Positions 60,938-64,000 of a DNA stretch of 64,000 bases are shown piece by piece. Under the pieces are notes generated by a model. That model was given only the letters and a program-made list of their open reading frames with translations. It made no database searches and was not told where the DNA came from. How positions within the stretch are numbered: position 1 is the first letter of the stretch; the number at the start of each line of letters is the position of its first letter. Source of the DNA: Gemmatales bacterium (GTDB taxonomy: Bacteria; Planctomycetota; Planctomycetia; Gemmatales; HRBIN36); NCBI GenBank assembly GCA_041640595.1, contig JBEPZY010000004.1, forward strand, positions 1 to 64,000, written 5' to 3'. A program made the translations under genes and the position numbers.

Positions 60938-61005
60938 GGTGAAGGTGACCAGAAGAGTGTGGCGCGAATGGGATTTTTCGGTTGTCTGGACAATTGGCGG
61001 GTGGT

Positions 61006-62382
61006 TTATCGGGGCAGGGAACGCAAATAGGCGCGGATGTCAGTGGCTTGCCGGGGTGATAGCCGTTCTCGAGTAAAAAGCGGCATGTACAGCCCGTCTC
61101 GCTCGGTGCCCTTCCAAACGTAGCGGTGAAACGTACCCGGGCTGACTCCCAGAGAGCGACCTGATTTGGGATGTACATTGTTGCCGTGGCAATTAGCGCA
61201 GGCCGAACGGTAAAGCCATTCGCCGCGTTTCGGGTCACCGACGATTTCGAGATTTTTCCGGTTGCTCGTCGTGTCGGCTGCTTTTCCGGCTGAAGCGTCT
61301 TCTGGCGACGACGCTGGCCCTGATTTTGCCGGTGGAGAAGGGGTGTTGGGTTTTGTCGCCGGCGCTACGGGTTGGTCCTTTTCAATTCGGGAAGGCGAAC
61401 CACCCGGGCGGAATAATTGCTCCAGCGCAGCCACACTCGGCGGATAGATGTCCTTATTGTCTTCGCTGCGGATGGGCAGCTCGACAGCGGTGGCCCCGGC
61501 AGCGATGAGATAATGTCGGCGCAATTCCTGACGGGCAGCGTTAATCTGCTCCGCCTGGCCACTGTTGAGTTGTTCCAGCAGCCGCTGTTGTAACTCCGCC
61601 GGTAACTGCAAATCCTTCAGTCGCAGTTCCAGCGTCCACAAGTAAGCAAGGATGCTGTCGAGTTCCCAATCTTCCGGGAAACGCCCTGCGCTGCAGTAGC
61701 TGCAACAGACCTGAACGGCGTCGGACAGTGAGGCGGGATTCATCGGACGGAGCTGTTCTCCGTCGCGAACCTTCAGGCGATGGTAGCGGGCATAGTAGCC
61801 GTTGTAAAAACGCTCGCGGTTCACCATGCCCCAAAACGTTGTGCCGGGCCGCAGGGCAACTTCCGCAGCGCTGTCGTCGGGGGCGGGGGAACTCGAATGG
61901 GCCCCGGCTTTTTTACCGGCGTTAGCGGGGTGGTGAGAAAGCAATGGCTCTCGCGCTTCCGGGTCCTGACGGGTGAGCACAGGGTCTTCGCGTACCAGGT
62001 TGTGGCAATGAATGCAGCGATAGGTATCGGCCAGCGGAACACTCGGTGCCGGGCCGACGGGCGGATTCTGCACCTGCGCGGTGTGAACCAGTTCCCGGCC
62101 CCAACGGACAAAATCGTCCCAGTTCCATTTCCTGCCACCGTATTGCCGTGCCTGGAGTGCTTGCTGAAACTGCTTGCGTCGGTGTTGTCCCAGCAATTCA
62201 TCGATCGTGCTCTCAGGCGTGGCTGGTGCAGGGGGAGCTGATCCCGCTTTCCAGTACCACCATCCAGCCACACCCAGGCTCAAAACCAGCACAGTCACGG
62301 TCACGACTGCGACAAGCCGAAATGGTGCTCCGCCGTATCGCCAGCCCGTGTGCGGAACAAACGATTCTTCAGCGTTAGTCAT
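61006..62382 (-). CDS. Membrane-anchored dihaem cytochrome c
   Basis: N-terminal TM helix; CIHCH and CANCH haem motifs; start uncertain. Confidence 0.85.
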   Translation of the reverse strand: MTNAEESFVPHTGWRYGGAPFRLVAVVTVTVLVLSLGVAGWWYWKAGSAPPAPATPESTIDELLGQHRRKQFQQALQARQYGGRKWNWDDFVRWGRELVHTAQVQNPPVGPAPSVPLADTYRCIHCHNLVREDPVLTRQDPEAREPLLSHHPANAGKKAGAHSSSPAPDDSAAEVALRPGTTFWGMVNRERFYNGYYARYHRLKVRDGEQLRPMNPASLSDAVQVCCSYCSAGRFPEDWELDSILAYLWTLELRLKDLQLPAELQQRLLEQLNSGQAEQINAARQELRRHYLIAAGATAVELPIRSEDNKDIYPPSVAALEQLFRPGGSPSRIEKDQPVAPATKPNTPSPPAKSGPASSPEDASAGKAADTTSNRKNLEIVGDPKRGEWLYRSACANCHGNNVHPKSGRSLGVSPGTFHRYVWKGTERDGLYMPLFTRERLSPRQATDIRAYLRSLPR

Positions 62383-62590
62383 GTTTGCTGTCTGCATAAG
62401 TCGTCCCATGTGCGCGAAAGTAGTGTGAGGCACGCTTGTTGTGCTTTGCCAGAAAGCATAGGCTCCGGGAAATGCTTCCGCAAGCAATAGCGGTCTGACC
62501 AAATTTTGGGAATGTTGTACAATGTAGTGTTCCCGAAAGCATGGTAAACCTGCCTCCAGTTGAGCCGCAGGTCGTAAAAGGAGTCCAGCT

Positions 62591-63004
62591 ATGAGCAAAC
62601 GCGGAGAACTCATGAAAATTGTCGAACAGACTTACGCTCGGCCAGCCGATCAGGTGCCGAAATTCGACATCGGCGACTATGTCGAAGTACACCAGAAGAT
62701 TCTCGAAGGCCAGAAAGAACGCATCCAGGTCTTTGCCGGGACGGTAATCGCCCGACGCGGCAGCGGCTTGCGAGAAACCTTCACAGTGCGCCGCATTGTG
62801 CAGGGCGAGGGAGTCGAGCGCACTTTCCCTGTACATTCACCGCGGATTGCCAAAGTCGTGGTCAAACGCCACGGTCGGGTGCGTCGGGCTAAGCTGTACT
62901 ACCTGCGTGAGCGTGTCGGCAAAGCCACCAAACTTCGCGAACGACAGGAAACCGGCCAGAAAGCGACGCAAAGCGAAGCCAAGGCCACCAGCAATGCCTC
63001 CTGA
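62591..63004 (+). CDS. rplS: 50S ribosomal protein L19
   Basis: [32 protein letters not shown]. Confidence 0.97.
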   Translation: MSKRGELMKIVEQTYARPADQVPKFDIGDYVEVHQKILEGQKERIQVFAGTVIARRGSGLRETFTVRRIVQGEGVERTFPVHSPRIAKVVVKRHGRVRRAKLYYLRERVGKATKLRERQETGQKATQSEAKATSNAS

Positions 63005-63054
63005 CCACGGCGGTGGGCATCCTGGTCAGTGCCACGGCGAGTCGGGATCGCGGT

Positions 63055-63504
63055 ATGGCTTGCAATCCTCAGCAGCCTGACCAGCGGCGAGCTTTCGGCC
63101 TGGAAGCGGAAACGCTGGCCGCTCAGTTCCTCGCGAACCGGGGCCTGCACATTTTGCTTCGCAACTACACCTGCCCTTTCGGCGAACTTGACATCGTGGC
63201 CCGAGATAAAGATACGGTGGTATTTGTCGAGGTGCGGTCAACGGCCAGCGGTTCCGCTTTGCGACCCGCGCTTTCCATTGATGCCCGCAAACAACGTCGG
63301 CTTTATCGAATTGCCGAGTATTTCCTGTCGAAACATCGCCTGCTGGGCAGACCCGCACGCTTCGATGTCGTGCTGGTGGTGGAGAATTTCGACGCCAATC
63401 AGACCGCTACGGATAATCCCGGGCCAGGTGTGCTGCTGACCGGTACCGACGGAAAACCGAGGCAGATTATCCATTACGTAAACGCCCTGCAGTTTTCCGG
63501 ATGA
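63055..63504 (+). CDS. YraN family protein
   Basis: GELDIVARD..VVFVEVR, RFDVV; follows rplS. Confidence 0.88.
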   Translation: MACNPQQPDQRRAFGLEAETLAAQFLANRGLHILLRNYTCPFGELDIVARDKDTVVFVEVRSTASGSALRPALSIDARKQRRLYRIAEYFLSKHRLLGRPARFDVVLVVENFDANQTATDNPGPGVLLTGTDGKPRQIIHYVNALQFSG

Positions 63505-63576
63505 CTGTGGAAACCACTGCACGGTCGCTCTTTCCAGGGCCTGGGTCAATCGTCGCCAATCCGGGCGAGGGTGATC

Positions 63577-64000
63577 ATGCTGGACGTGGAAACCCAACTT
63601 GCCATCATTCGCCGCGGGGTAGAGCAAATCGTTCCCGAAGAAGAATTGCGGCAGAAACTGGAGCGGAGCTTTCGCACCGGCCAACCGTTGCGGGTGAAGT
63701 ATGGCATTGATCCGACCGGGATAGATGTGCATCTCGGCCACACGGTACCGTTACGCAAGCTCCGGCAATTTCAGGAACTCGGACACCAGGCGGTGCTGAT
63801 TATCGGCAATTACACAGCCCTGGTAGGCGATCCCTCTGGACGCGATCAGGCGCGTGCCCGACTGACACCGGAACAGGTTGAGCGTAATGCCCGGGATTAC
63901 CTGACTCAGATCAGCAAAGTCATTGACCTGAGTCGAACCGAGGTGGTGCGCAACGGAGACTGGTTCAGCCGCTTCAGTTTTCTCGATGTCCTGAACCTGG
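63577..64000 (+). CDS. tyrS: Tyrosine--tRNA ligase (partial, 5' part)
   Basis: Hand translation gives MLDVETQLAIIRRG...KYGIDPTGIDVHLGH...IGNYTALVGDPSGR. Confidence 0.95.
   Translation, partial: MLDVETQLAIIRRGVEQIVPEEELRQKLERSFRTGQPLRVKYGIDPTGIDVHLGHTVPLRKLRQFQELGHQAVLIIGNYTALVGDPSGRDQARARLTPEQVERNARDYLTQISKVIDLSRTEVVRNGDWFSRFSFLDVLNL

Overview
A GC-rich (roughly 60%) bacterial chromosomal window that is almost certainly from the Planctomycetota and probably Gemmatales-like. This is inferred from the LESR-type export signal, the BBP7-like beta-barrel, the YXWGXW protein, the zinc-ribbon membrane proteins and the long-loop TatC. Most genes are housekeeping: moaD/E/A, tatC, cysE, ruvA, mraZ-like, gltA, hom, rimI, trmD, ald, pgsA, rimO, ileS, rplS, YraN and tyrS. 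No transposase, prophage, cas gene, rRNA or tRNA was recognised. The interesting signal is mostly non-coding. (1) An unannotated 21-aa Cys-rich leader ORF with its own sigma70-like promoter sits directly upstream of serine acetyltransferase and is a candidate cysteine-sensing attenuator. (2) A promoter-to-terminator structured RNA candidate of about 190 nt converges on mraZ. (3) Three BIME-like mosaic arrays hold about 40 REP-type hairpins with compensatory stem variants and shared linkers. Several smaller repeat families are also present. Protein-level oddities include MoaD ending GGMM, IleRS with GVHH/EMHKS motifs, a TsdA/SoxA-like dihaem cytochrome, a TIM-barrel pseudo-enzyme and a MATKD-repeat coiled coil. 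All calls come from reading motifs by eye; no database searches or folding programs were run.
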